The notes below the pieces were generated by a model. The model worked only from the letters and a program-made list of their open reading frames with translations. It searched no databases and was not told the origin of the DNA. Position numbers and translations under genes: made by a program. This document shows, piece after piece, positions 40,257 through 50,185 of a stretch of DNA of 64,000 bases. The first letter of the stretch is position 1. The number at the start of each line of letters is the position of its first letter. This DNA is from an uncultured Methanosarcinales archaeon (GTDB lineage: Archaea > Nanobdellota > Nanobdellia > Woesearchaeales > GW2011-AR15): NCBI GenBank assembly GCA_964552005.1, contig CAZKFC010000001.1, positions 109,934 to 173,933 on the forward strand. The letters run 5' to 3'.

Positions 40257-40958
40257 AGGCCAATGACAAAAAAACCAATTATCAGCTTAAGAAATGTGTG
40301 GAAAACATACCAGATGGGTGAAGTACAAGTACATGCTTTACGTGGTTTAGATTTAGAAGTAAAGAAAGGAGAATTTTTAGCTATCCAAGGCCCTTCGGGT
40401 AGTGGAAAAAGTACTGCTATGAATCTTGTTGGCTGCTTAGATATTCCTACTAAAGGTAAAATATACTTGGAAAGTCAAGACATATCACAATTAGGAGAAT
40501 CAGAACTTGCCCAAATTCGAGGCAGAAAAATCGGTTTCATATTTCAACAATTTAATTTAATTAATACATTATCAGCTTTAGAAAATGTTATGCTACCAAT
40601 GATTTTTCAAGGTGTTGGTGTGAGTGAAAGAAAAAAACGTGCAACTGAATTATTAACAAAAGTTGGTTTGGGAGATAGAGTTGATCATAAACCAACCGAG
40701 TTATCTGGAGGGCAACAACAACGGGTTGCTATTGCGCGTTCATTAGCAGTTGATCCGGATGTTATTTTGGCAGATGAGCCAACAGGAAATTTGGATAGCA
40801 AGACAGGTATAAATGTCATGCATTTTTTAAAATCATTACATAAAGATGAAGGTAAAACTATAGTTATGGTTACCCATGATAATCATTTAGCTAAACAAGC
40901 GCAAAGGATAGAATATTTAAAAGACGGAAAAATTGTAAAAAATCGTAGAGGTGGATAA
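40257..40958 (+). CDS. ABC transporter ATP-binding protein (MacB/LolD type)
   Basis: GPSGSGKST Walker A, LSGGQQQRVAIARSLA signature, ILADEPTGNLD Walker B. Confidence 0.9.
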   Translation, partial: RPMTKKPIISLRNVWKTYQMGEVQVHALRGLDLEVKKGEFLAIQGPSGSGKSTAMNLVGCLDIPTKGKIYLESQDISQLGESELAQIRGRKIGFIFQQFNLINTLSALENVMLPMIFQGVGVSERKKRATELLTKVGLGDRVDHKPTELSGGQQQRVAIARSLAVDPDVILADEPTGNLDSKTGINVMHFLKSLHKDEGKTIVMVTHDNHLAKQAQRIEYLKDGKIVKNRRGG

Positions 40959-42246
40959 GATGAAAAAAAATTTGTTGTTATTTGGCATATTTACAATATT
41001 ATTTTTATCTATGGTTAAGGCACAGACAATTGAGGCTCCCCAGATTAACATAACCCTGATGAACCAGGATCCTGATCCTGTCGGGCCTGGTGAGTATGTT
41101 GAGATTAGGTTTAAAATTTATAATAATTATGCAGGCACAGAAGCCAAAAATTTCCAGTTAGAGCTTGATCCAATATACCCGTTTTCATTGGATCCTAATG
41201 AGAAGGCATTGCGTGATATAGGAACGTTGCCCGCGCTGGGAGATGGTGGGAATGTTATTGTTGTTAAATATAAAGTTAGAGTAGATGACAATGCAGTTGA
41301 AGGCTCTAACCCGATAAAACTTAAATATAAACATGACAATATTGATTGGATAACACGCGAGTTTAACATTAATGTGCAGACTATTGATGCAAACCTTGCC
41401 ATTATTTCTGTTGCGACTGATCCAAGCAAAATAAAACCAGGTGATAAAGCAATTGTGAAAATTAAGGTTAAGAACATGGCAGATTCTACAATGAAAGATA
41501 TTACTATGAAACTAGATTTGACTTTTTCAAGTTTTCTTGACCAAGTAGCGACATTAACAGCTACTGACTCATTAACAGCATTTAACTCGTTGCCGTTTGC
41601 ACCAATGGAAAGTGCAACTGAACAAAAAATCTATAAATTGGAACCTGGCGAGGAACATATATTTAATTATGATTTAATTGCATATTCAGATGCAGAATCA
41701 AGAGTGTATAAAGTTCCAGTTATAATAACATATTATGACGAGTTGGAAACAGTATATACAAAGAATGACATCATTGGTTTAATAGTAGGTACAAAACCAG
41801 ATATGAGTGTTGTTATAGACGAATCTGATTTATACGTTGGCAAACAATCTGGAGTAGTTACAATTAGATTTATTAACAAAGGTTTTTCTGATGTTAAGTT
41901 TCTTGATGTGGAGGTTGGGGATACTTCTGATTTTGAGCTTTTGTCTTCGCCAGAAGTATATATTGGAAATGTTGATAGTGATGATTATGAAACAGCGGAT
42001 TTTAACATATATCTGAATAATGGTGCCATAAAAAAAGAAAAATCTATTACTTTTCCGGTCCACGTAGAATATAGGGATGCTAATAATAATATATATATGG
42101 AAGATTATAATCTTGAATTAAAAATATTAAAACCTGAGAAGTTGGGGATTAAGAGAAGTTCAGGAATGTCTACTTTCCTAATTATAATTGTAATTGTGGG
42201 TGTGGGCGGCTACTTTTATTATCGAAGAAAAAAAAGAAGGAAATAA
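40951..42246 (+). CDS. Secreted beta-rich protein with a C-terminal TM anchor and RRKKRRK tail. It is the accessory component of the MacB-like exporter.
   Basis: Signal peptide; CARDB/DUF11-like repeats; gene overlap with the ATPase. Confidence 0.55.
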   Translation: MDKMKKNLLLFGIFTILFLSMVKAQTIEAPQINITLMNQDPDPVGPGEYVEIRFKIYNNYAGTEAKNFQLELDPIYPFSLDPNEKALRDIGTLPALGDGGNVIVVKYKVRVDDNAVEGSNPIKLKYKHDNIDWITREFNINVQTIDANLAIISVATDPSKIKPGDKAIVKIKVKNMADSTMKDITMKLDLTFSSFLDQVATLTATDSLTAFNSLPFAPMESATEQKIYKLEPGEEHIFNYDLIAYSDAESRVYKVPVIITYYDELETVYTKNDIIGLIVGTKPDMSVVIDESDLYVGKQSGVVTIRFINKGFSDVKFLDVEVGDTSDFELLSSPEVYIGNVDSDDYETADFNIYLNNGAIKKEKSITFPVHVEYRDANNNIYMEDYNLELKILKPEKLGIKRSSGMSTFLIIIVIVGVGGYFYYRRKKRRK

Positions 42247-42262
42247 AACATTTCTTTTTTAA

Positions 42263-43507
42263 TTGACAATGATAAGGGATTATTTTAGGATAGCAACTCT
42301 TAATTTAAGAAAAAGGAAATTAAGAAGTTGGCTGACCATGATTGGTATCTTCATTGGGGTAGCTGCTGTTATTTCTTTAATTGGTTTGGGAGAAGGCTTA
42401 AGAACAGCAATTAGTTCTCAGTTCGGTTTTTTGGGAAGCGATATATTGAGTATACAGGCTTCCGGGCTAAACTATGCAGGTTCTCCTGGAAGTGGTGTTA
42501 TAGACCCTCTAGACAATAAATTAGTAGATAAAATTGAAAGAATAAGAGGTGTAGAAAGTGCCTATAACAGGTATATTGAGATTGCAACCTTTGAATTTAA
42601 AGATGCACAGACATTTGGCCCGATCACAACTATACCGGAAGGTGTTGACAGGAAAACTTTCGAGCGCCTATTAAATTTAGAGACAATGGAAGGTCGGATG
42701 TTGACAGATACAGATAACCGCAGGGTTCTATTAGGATATAATTATGCAAAACAAGTTGTTTTTGGTGAGGATAATGTTTTCAAGAAAGGTATACACGCCG
42801 GCGATAAGTTATATATTAATGATGAACAATTTGAAGTTGTTGGAGTTCTTGAGAAATCAGGTAATTTTATGTTTGATGGTGCTGCTTTCCTTAATGAAAA
42901 TGTTTTTTTAGATATGTTTGGAGATGACGGCACAACAGATATAATCGCAGTTAAAGTTGAAGATGAGAATAAAGTTGAGATGGTGAAAGAATCTATTGAA
43001 AAATTACTTCGGAAAGAAAGAAATGTGAAAAAAGGCGAAGAAGATTTTGTTGTACAAAGCCCTCAGAAGATACTTGAAACACTCAACTCAACATTATTTG
43101 CTGTACAATTATTTGTTTATATAATAGCCGGTATTTCAATTGTTGTGGGAGGCATTGGAATAATGAACACAATGTACACAGCTGTCTTGGAAAGGACAAA
43201 AGAGATTGGAATTATGAAAGCTATCGGAGCAAAAAATTCTACAATATTCACTTTGTTTTTCATTGAATCCGGATTTTTGGGGATGGTAGGCGGCTTAATT
43301 GGTATTGCATTAGGAATGGTTCTTGCTTACGGGTTGGCTACTGTCGGCAAGTTAGCTTTAGGATCAGAACTTATCCAGGTTCATATCCCCTTTTACTTAG
43401 TACTGGGAGCTTTAACAGGTTCTTTCATGCTAGGAACCTTTTTTGGTGTAATACCCGCCACACAAGCTTCAAAATTACAGCCAGTGGATGCTTTAAGATC
43501 AAAATGA
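42263..43507 (+). CDS. ABC transporter permease (FtsX/MacB family)
   Basis: N-terminal TM, large external domain, three C-terminal TM helices with the IMNTMYTAVLERTKEIGIMKAIGA motif. Confidence 0.85.
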   Translation: MTMIRDYFRIATLNLRKRKLRSWLTMIGIFIGVAAVISLIGLGEGLRTAISSQFGFLGSDILSIQASGLNYAGSPGSGVIDPLDNKLVDKIERIRGVESAYNRYIEIATFEFKDAQTFGPITTIPEGVDRKTFERLLNLETMEGRMLTDTDNRRVLLGYNYAKQVVFGEDNVFKKGIHAGDKLYINDEQFEVVGVLEKSGNFMFDGAAFLNENVFLDMFGDDGTTDIIAVKVEDENKVEMVKESIEKLLRKERNVKKGEEDFVVQSPQKILETLNSTLFAVQLFVYIIAGISIVVGGIGIMNTMYTAVLERTKEIGIMKAIGAKNSTIFTLFFIESGFLGMVGGLIGIALGMVLAYGLATVGKLALGSELIQVHIPFYLVLGALTGSFMLGTFFGVIPATQASKLQPVDALRSK

Positions 43508-44715
43508 ATGTGGAAGAAATTAAATATTCAATAAAGAACGTTTTTAAAAGAAAAACCAGGAGTTTCCTTACTATATTATCAATCTTAATGGGTATAACTG
43601 CAATTTTTACATTAACTAGTTTTGGTCTTGGTATACAAAATTATGTTAATGTATTAGCAGAGGAAGCAGGCGCGAGATTATTATACATACAGGCACAAAG
43701 TTTTGGTGTGCCGGGAACAGACGAAAATTTCTTTATAACTAGTGATGAAGTTGATTTTATCAGGAAAATCAAGGGTGTTGAGCAAGCTGTTGGTTTATAC
43801 ATGAAAGTCGCTGAAATTAAGTCTAAAAACCAAGTTAAGTATAATTGGATTGTGGGTTATGACACGGATTATTATAATTTGTTATTTGAAGGTTTTGGTA
43901 TTGACATAGAGAAAGGTAGGCAACTAAAGGAGGGAGATCTAAACAAAGTACTGCTTGGACATAATTATCAGCTGCCAGATACAATATTTAAAAAACCTTT
44001 GGCAGTGGGTGATAAAGTTGAGTTGAACGGGAATTCGTATGAGATTATAGGTTTTGTCAGTGAGGTTGGCAATCCAGGAGATGACTCAAATATTTACGTA
44101 ACTGAAAGGACAATGGAAAGTTTGTATCCAAATGTTAAAGATAAATTTGGTTGGGTGATGCTTAATGCAGAAAAATCAACAAGTCCAGAAGATCTTGCAG
44201 AGAAGATTGAAGAAAAACTTCGTAAATATAGAGGTCAAGAAGAAGGTAAAGAAGATTTTTTCGTGCAGACTTTTTCTGATGTTATTGAGACTTTTGGCAC
44301 CATCATAAATATCCTTACCGGAGTTTTAATCTTAATTGCAATTATATCATTGATTGTGGCGGCTGTTAATATTATGAACACGATGTATACAGCTGTTTTG
44401 GAAAGAACTAAAGAAATCGGTATAATGAAAGCCATTGGCGCGAGAAATAAAGACATAATGTTTATCTTTGTTTTTGAAGCTGGTTTGCTTGGATTATTGG
44501 GAGGCGTTCTTGGGGTTATCTTTGGTTATTTTATAGCAAGTTTAGCAGGGCAAATCGCAGCTTCTGCTGGTTATTCATCTTTATACCCTATCTTTCCTAA
44601 TTCCTTAATCTTTGGTTGTATTTTCTTTGCATTTTCAGTTGGAGCCTTATCAGGGTTATTTCCTGCTATCAGAGCCTCCAAATTAAACCCGACAGACGCA
44701 CTCAGATACGAATAA
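43504..44715 (+). CDS. ABC transporter permease (FtsX/MacB family), a paralog of the preceding gene
   Basis: Same motif IMNTMYTAVLERTKEIGIMKAIGA. Confidence 0.85.
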   Translation: MNVEEIKYSIKNVFKRKTRSFLTILSILMGITAIFTLTSFGLGIQNYVNVLAEEAGARLLYIQAQSFGVPGTDENFFITSDEVDFIRKIKGVEQAVGLYMKVAEIKSKNQVKYNWIVGYDTDYYNLLFEGFGIDIEKGRQLKEGDLNKVLLGHNYQLPDTIFKKPLAVGDKVELNGNSYEIIGFVSEVGNPGDDSNIYVTERTMESLYPNVKDKFGWVMLNAEKSTSPEDLAEKIEEKLRKYRGQEEGKEDFFVQTFSDVIETFGTIINILTGVLILIAIISLIVAAVNIMNTMYTAVLERTKEIGIMKAIGARNKDIMFIFVFEAGLLGLLGGVLGVIFGYFIASLAGQIAASAGYSSLYPIFPNSLIFGCIFFAFSVGALSGLFPAIRASKLNPTDALRYE

Positions 44716-44859
44716 AACTCGTACTGATGGCCAGAAAAACAAGTTTTTCTAGGGCATTAAGATAAGAGTAAATTATGTGTTTTTAGAGGAAATTTAAGAA
44801 AGATTTTTAAATTCTGACTCTTTATGAGCATAATAAAGTTTTAGGAGGTTGATTATAAA

Positions 44860-44994
44860 ATGGAAGGATATTGTGTTAAATGTAAAGCAAAAAAAGAAAT
44901 ATCTGAAGGTAAGGAAGTCACTATGAAGAATGGCAGGAAGGCCATGAAAGGTAAATGTCCAACTTGTGGGACAGGCATGTACAGAATCTTATAA
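44860..44994 (+). CDS. 44-aa zinc-ribbon protein
   Basis: Found by hand: MEGYCVKCKAK...GKCPTCGTGMYRIL; AGGAGG RBS 7-12 nt upstream. Confidence 0.4.
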   Translation: MEGYCVKCKAKKEISEGKEVTMKNGRKAMKGKCPTCGTGMYRIL

Positions 44995-45058
44995 ATATTT
45001 TTCCCCTTTTTTTTAATGACGATAGATTTAAATAGTATTTAGTTCTTAAATCCATAAT

Positions 45059-46123
45059 ATGGTTAAAGCAAATGTAGACAGGATATTAGATATCTTAAAA
45101 GAAAAAAAGTCTGTTTCTGTTAATGAACTTGCTAATAAATTATCTCTGCCAAAAACTGATGTGGAGAAGTCTGCTGAATATTTAGAAGAAGATGGTGTTG
45201 TCAAAATAGATCATAAATTCCCTAATACTTATGTAACTTTAATAAAACAACCTGGAAAAAAAGAGGAAAAGCCAGCTGAAGAGACTAAAGAAGAACCTCA
45301 ACAACCTTCATCAGTATCAACGGTGCCCGAACAAGAAGATTCTCCAACAGATATTAGCTCTTCAAGTATGCCGCTTCCGCCTCCGCCCGAACAAATCGTG
45401 CCAAAAACATCAGAAACACCTTCTTTTCAACCACCCAGTTTAACTAAACCAGAACCAAACCTTCCTAAAGAAGAAACACTTTCTCAACAACAACCGTCAC
45501 AATCACAACCAACACAATTATCTTCCCCGCAATCGTCTACAACCGAAACACCAGAAGAAGATAAAAAACCAAATAAAACACCTTTCTTAATTGATGAACC
45601 CAAGCAGCCAGATGATGAAAAAAATGTTTCTGCATCCATGGACATTATGAAACAATCCCCTGTACAAGAAATAGAAGAGCCGCAACCAGACCTTAATGAG
45701 AATCCAATTGAACCAGAACAACCTAAGTTTGATATGGCACCGCCTTCGCCGCAAGCAGCAACTGAGATGGCTCCAAACTCAATGATGCAGTCAAAAGTAC
45801 CAGACTCAAATACAGAGCCAAAACAAAAAGAACAGCCTTCAATGTTTGCGTCTCAGGAAGATTTCGCTCCAAAAAAAGAATTTATTTTTCCGGACTATGC
45901 AGATACAGATATAGAAAAAATTGAATATTTAATAGAAAAAGCAAATAATAAATTGACAAACAAAGATTTTCAGGACATTACTAGTTTATACAGGAAAATT
46001 TATGACATGTTTACTAAATCTGAAGGTTTGAGTCCAAACGAGCGTCATTTACTTAGCGGGAAAATCCAGGATTTATTCCAAAGGATAAAACGATTATATC
46101 TAATTGAAGGCATAACTGTATAA
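45059..46123 (+). CDS. Protein with an N-terminal winged-helix domain, a long Pro/Gln/Ser/Glu-rich disordered linker and a conserved C-terminal helical domain
   Basis: VNELANKLSLPKTDVEKSAEYLEEDGVVKI wHTH; low-complexity region from residue 70 to 250. Confidence 0.45.
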   Translation: MVKANVDRILDILKEKKSVSVNELANKLSLPKTDVEKSAEYLEEDGVVKIDHKFPNTYVTLIKQPGKKEEKPAEETKEEPQQPSSVSTVPEQEDSPTDISSSSMPLPPPPEQIVPKTSETPSFQPPSLTKPEPNLPKEETLSQQQPSQSQPTQLSSPQSSTTETPEEDKKPNKTPFLIDEPKQPDDEKNVSASMDIMKQSPVQEIEEPQPDLNENPIEPEQPKFDMAPPSPQAATEMAPNSMMQSKVPDSNTEPKQKEQPSMFASQEDFAPKKEFIFPDYADTDIEKIEYLIEKANNKLTNKDFQDITSLYRKIYDMFTKSEGLSPNERHLLSGKIQDLFQRIKRLYLIEGITV

Positions 46124-46153
46124 AAACATTTATTAATTCCAATTCTGTTTTTT

Positions 46154-47458
46154 ATGTTAATGAAAGCTAATCCAGGGGATAAAGTAAAAGTCACCACTAA
46201 AACTGAGACATATACAGGGATTTTAATACCAACGCCAAAGCTGACAGACGAAGACAGTTTAATTTTAAAACTGGAAAACGGTTATAATATAGGTATAAAT
46301 AAAAAAGATATCAAGAAAATCAAGCTTCTTGAAGAATATATAGTTAAGCATAGTAAAAAAAGTAAGCTTGTTCCTAAAAAAAATCTGCCAACAGTTTCAA
46401 TATTATCAACTGGAGGAACAATAAGTTCAAAGGTTGATTACAGGACAGGCGGCGTTTATGCGGATTATACAGCAGAAGATTTTGTTGGGCTGTGTCCCGA
46501 ATTAAAAGAAATAGCAAATCTCAGGGCAAGGAAAGTTATGTCTTTAATGTCTGAAGACATGCTTCCTAAAGACTGGCTTAATATTGCTAAATTTATTTCT
46601 GCTGAAATAAAGAAAGGCGTTGACGGCATAGTTGTTACTCAGGGAACAGATACATTGCATTTTACAACAGCGGCAATATCTTTCATGCTTGAGCAGATTA
46701 ATGTCCCTGTTATTTTTACTGCCTCTCAAAGATCTATTGACAGGGGAAGCAGCGACGCTTTCATGAACCTTATATGTGCGGTTAAAGCCGCTGCTAAGTT
46801 TGATGCGGCTGAGGTTATGACTTGCATGCACGGCAGCATAAACGATGATTATTGTTTTTTAATTAGAGGGACCAAAGTAAGGAAGATGCATACTTCAAGA
46901 AGAGATGCTTTCAGGCCAATAAATGATGTGCCAATAGCAAAAGTCTTCCCAGATAAAAATATTGAGATCTTAAACAAGAACTATAAAAAAGCAGATAGAA
47001 AAAATAAAAAAATAGTTAAGCTGAAAGCCAATTTTGATGACAAAATTGCTCTTGTCTATGTTTATCCCGGTCTTAATCCAGATATAATCGATTTCTATAA
47101 AAAGAAAGGTGTCAAAGGTTTTGTGATAGCAGCAACAGCATTAGGCCATGTCAATACCTGGACAGAAAAATCTCTTATTCCGTACATAAAAAATTGTTAT
47201 AGCAAAAAAATCCCTGTTTTCATTACTTCCCAAACATTATACGGAGCTGTTAACCCTTATGTATATACTAATTTAAGAAAGGTCTCTATTGAAGCTAAGG
47301 GAATTTACTTAAAAGATATTCTGCCGGAAACAGCTTACATCAAACTTGGTTGGGTACTTGGCCAGACTAAAAACTATAAAAAAATAAAAGAAATGATGCT
47401 GACCAATTATCATGGAGAATATAGTGAAAGCTTAACACCAGATATGTTTCTTTATTAG
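46154..47458 (+). CDS. gatD: Archaeal Glu-tRNA(Gln) amidotransferase subunit D (GatD; L-asparaginase-like)
   Basis: ISILSTGGTISS asparaginase threonine motif; about 434 aa with the N-terminal GatD-specific domain. Confidence 0.85.
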   Translation: MLMKANPGDKVKVTTKTETYTGILIPTPKLTDEDSLILKLENGYNIGINKKDIKKIKLLEEYIVKHSKKSKLVPKKNLPTVSILSTGGTISSKVDYRTGGVYADYTAEDFVGLCPELKEIANLRARKVMSLMSEDMLPKDWLNIAKFISAEIKKGVDGIVVTQGTDTLHFTTAAISFMLEQINVPVIFTASQRSIDRGSSDAFMNLICAVKAAAKFDAAEVMTCMHGSINDDYCFLIRGTKVRKMHTSRRDAFRPINDVPIAKVFPDKNIEILNKNYKKADRKNKKIVKLKANFDDKIALVYVYPGLNPDIIDFYKKKGVKGFVIAATALGHVNTWTEKSLIPYIKNCYSKKIPVFITSQTLYGAVNPYVYTNLRKVSIEAKGIYLKDILPETAYIKLGWVLGQTKNYKKIKEMMLTNYHGEYSESLTPDMFLY

Positions 47459-47460
47459 AA

Positions 47461-48762
47461 TTAAGGAGTTTTTCTCAACATTGTTCTTGGGAAGGGTATA
47501 GCATCTTTTATATTATCTATACCACAGATCCAGGCAACAACTCTCTCAACTCCTAAGCCATAACCAGAATGGGGTACAGAACCATATTTTCTTAAATCAA
47601 AGTACCAGTCATAAGTAGAAGGATCTTCCCCTTCTGCCTTTAACCTTTTAATCATATCATCTACCATTAAAGATCGTTCTGAGCCGCCAACAATTTCACA
47701 ATATCCTTCAGGAGCTAACATGTCAAAGCATAGTGCTTCTTTAGGATTTTCTTTGCTTGGTGGCTTATAAAAACCCATGATTTCTGTCGGATAATGCGTA
47801 ACAACAACAGGGCTTTTAAAATGTTCAGCAATCTTTTCTTCTTCTATTGTCCTTAAATCTTTTCCCCAAGGAACATTCATGTTATATTTATTGTTAAGAA
47901 TATTTAAAGCTTCCTTATATTTAATAGTTGGATATTTTACTTTTGCGTAACGTTCCAATAATGTTATGTCCCTTTTTAAAATTTGCAGTTCTTTTTTATT
48001 GTGTTTTAAAACTTGTTGCAAAATATAACGGACTTCATCTTTAGCAACTTGTGTTACTTCATCCAATTGCATCCAGGCAGCTTCCATTTCAGCCATCCAA
48101 AACTCAGATAAATGTCGGCTTGTTTTTGACTTTTCAGCTCTAAACGTAGGGCCCATGTTATAGATTTTACCTAAAGAAAAAATCCCTGCCTCAGCGTATA
48201 ACTGCCAGCTCTGGCTTAAGTATACTTTGTCTTTGAAATATTTTACTTCAAACAAAGTAGAGCCGCCTTCACACATACTTGGCTGGAATATGGGTGCATC
48301 AAATTCATAGTAACCATTTTTTCTAAAGAATTCATGGATTGCTCCAACAACGGTGTGTCTAATCTTTAAGATGGCGTTTAATTTTCTTGATCTTAGCCAT
48401 AAATGTCTATTATCTAGTAGAAATTCAGTTGAAAAATCTTTTGTTATTGGAAATGGCTCAGCAATCTGTACTATTTCTAAATTTTTAACATTAACTTCAT
48501 ATCCTGTTGGAGCCCTATCATCTTTTTTAATCTCACCAGATAGTTTTATTGAAGATTCCATTGTTAATTTTGAAGCTTCATCAAACAATTTTTTATCAAT
48601 GTCTTTTTTAACAACACACTGTATGATATCAGACTGGTCTCTTAACACAATAAAAACAAATTTGTTAGACATCCTGATTCTGTAAACCCAACCTCTTAAA
48701 TTTACTTTTCCAGAACCTTTTTTAATTGCTTCTTCAACAGTAATATAGTTTGATTTGTCCAT
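47461..48762 (-). CDS. Class IIb aspartyl/asparaginyl-tRNA synthetase (archaeal-type AspRS or AsnRS). The start was trimmed to MDKSNYI.
   Basis: N-terminal OB anticodon-binding domain (VNLRGWVYRIR); motif 2 FRAEKSKTSRHLSEFWMAEME; motif 3 GGSER..GLGVERV. Confidence 0.85.
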   Translation of the reverse strand: MDKSNYITVEEAIKKGSGKVNLRGWVYRIRMSNKFVFIVLRDQSDIIQCVVKKDIDKKLFDEASKLTMESSIKLSGEIKKDDRAPTGYEVNVKNLEIVQIAEPFPITKDFSTEFLLDNRHLWLRSRKLNAILKIRHTVVGAIHEFFRKNGYYEFDAPIFQPSMCEGGSTLFEVKYFKDKVYLSQSWQLYAEAGIFSLGKIYNMGPTFRAEKSKTSRHLSEFWMAEMEAAWMQLDEVTQVAKDEVRYILQQVLKHNKKELQILKRDITLLERYAKVKYPTIKYKEALNILNNKYNMNVPWGKDLRTIEEEKIAEHFKSPVVVTHYPTEIMGFYKPPSKENPKEALCFDMLAPEGYCEIVGGSERSLMVDDMIKRLKAEGEDPSTYDWYFDLRKYGSVPHSGYGLGVERVVAWICGIDNIKDAIPFPRTMLRKTP

Positions 48763-48861
48763 TTTTATAAAAAGGAGAATATGGCAATTTAAAAAAATTA
48801 CTTCTATTCTCATTAAAGACATCAAAATCTTTTTAAATTCACCAAATTTTATTCTCAGGTA

Positions 48862-49479
48862 ATGAGAATGAAGTACAAAATCGAAAAGCGGAATAGAATA
48901 ATAATAGGTGTTGTTTTATCGCTTTTCATGCTTTCTAGTTTGGGTAGTGTTATTCTTTATTATGGTAATTCTGATAGTGATTCAAATAAATTTACTTTAG
49001 ATTTGTCAAATGGCAAATACCAGTTTGTCAGGAAACAAGACAATAGCGGCAATCTATATTATGAGGTTAGCTCTGATAATACAAAGTTTAATGTGTTTTA
49101 TGCACCGGAACAACTTACGCTTGATATTAACAAGGACATTCTTGATCAGATTAAAGACACGTATTTTTTTTATCTTACCTTTAATCCAGAAGAGCCAGAT
49201 TTGACATATGTAGATTACTTAAGGTTTGACTTGCGCAACAATATTCCTAAAACAAAATATTTTCAAGACGCAATTCTAAAGGAAAGCGAAACATATAATC
49301 TGCCAATAGTAACATGCGAGAATGCTACCTTGCAAACGCCGGTTATTGTGCTAAAACAGGGCAACTCGACTAATGTAACAGAGGCTGATAATTGCATTAA
49401 CTTAGAATTTGCGCCCTACCAATTATTACAGGTTAGAGATATCTTAGTATATTTAATGCACAATATAGATATAAGGTGA
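48862..49479 (+). CDS. Hypothetical N-terminally anchored exported protein
   Basis: N-terminal TM helix; paralogous to the next gene. Confidence 0.4.
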   Translation: MRMKYKIEKRNRIIIGVVLSLFMLSSLGSVILYYGNSDSDSNKFTLDLSNGKYQFVRKQDNSGNLYYEVSSDNTKFNVFYAPEQLTLDINKDILDQIKDTYFFYLTFNPEEPDLTYVDYLRFDLRNNIPKTKYFQDAILKESETYNLPIVTCENATLQTPVIVLKQGNSTNVTEADNCINLEFAPYQLLQVRDILVYLMHNIDIR

Positions 49480-49483
49480 ACAA

Positions 49484-50161
49484 ATGGCAAAATCTAAAAA
49501 AACAAAGAAAAAAGAGGATATGGAGAAAGACAAAATCTTTATCTATGGTCTGATTTTTTTAATATTGGTTTTTGGAGCGTTTATTTTTGGTGTAAGGTAT
49601 GTTAAGCTCAAAAAAGAAACACCTCAAATTGAGATTAGGGAATATAACGGTTATGTTTTTAAAAAGTACGGCGACATCTGGGTAACAACTATTAAAGTAA
49701 GTGACAGGTTAAAAGGAACAGAGACTAATTACGAGATATTGTTTCACTACACACCTGATGAAGTTGAAAATATCCCTACAATTAAAAATATGAGGAATGA
49801 AAGTGTCACCCCAAATTTATTTTTAGATGCAAAGCAAATTTACCTTACCTTTGACCCAGACAGTTCAGGAGAAGTAAAATCTAGAATTTTACAATCAGGT
49901 GTTGAATTAGCGAAAGTAATTAGTAATATATATAAAAAAAGTGCTAAATCTGCAGTAACTAAAAATGTAAGTGAGATACCTACTGCTCCTATAATAACGT
50001 GTGATGATATAGGGCCATTTACAAGAGTCATATACCTTAATATTGGTAATGAAACTAAAATATTTAGCGATCATGGTTGTATAGTAGTGCAAGGGACCGA
50101 TGGTGAAGAGTTATTGAAATCCGCAGAAAGACTTACCTTTGAACTATTGCAAATCCTTTAG
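49484..50161 (+). CDS. Hypothetical N-terminally anchored exported protein, a tandem paralog of the preceding gene
   Basis: Shared C-terminal region (PIVTCENA...VLKQGNST... versus PIITCDDI...YLNIGNET...). Confidence 0.4.
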   Translation: MAKSKKTKKKEDMEKDKIFIYGLIFLILVFGAFIFGVRYVKLKKETPQIEIREYNGYVFKKYGDIWVTTIKVSDRLKGTETNYEILFHYTPDEVENIPTIKNMRNESVTPNLFLDAKQIYLTFDPDSSGEVKSRILQSGVELAKVISNIYKKSAKSAVTKNVSEIPTAPIITCDDIGPFTRVIYLNIGNETKIFSDHGCIVVQGTDGEELLKSAERLTFELLQIL

Positions 50162-50185
50162 CCTCACTAAAAAGCTTCTTATACT

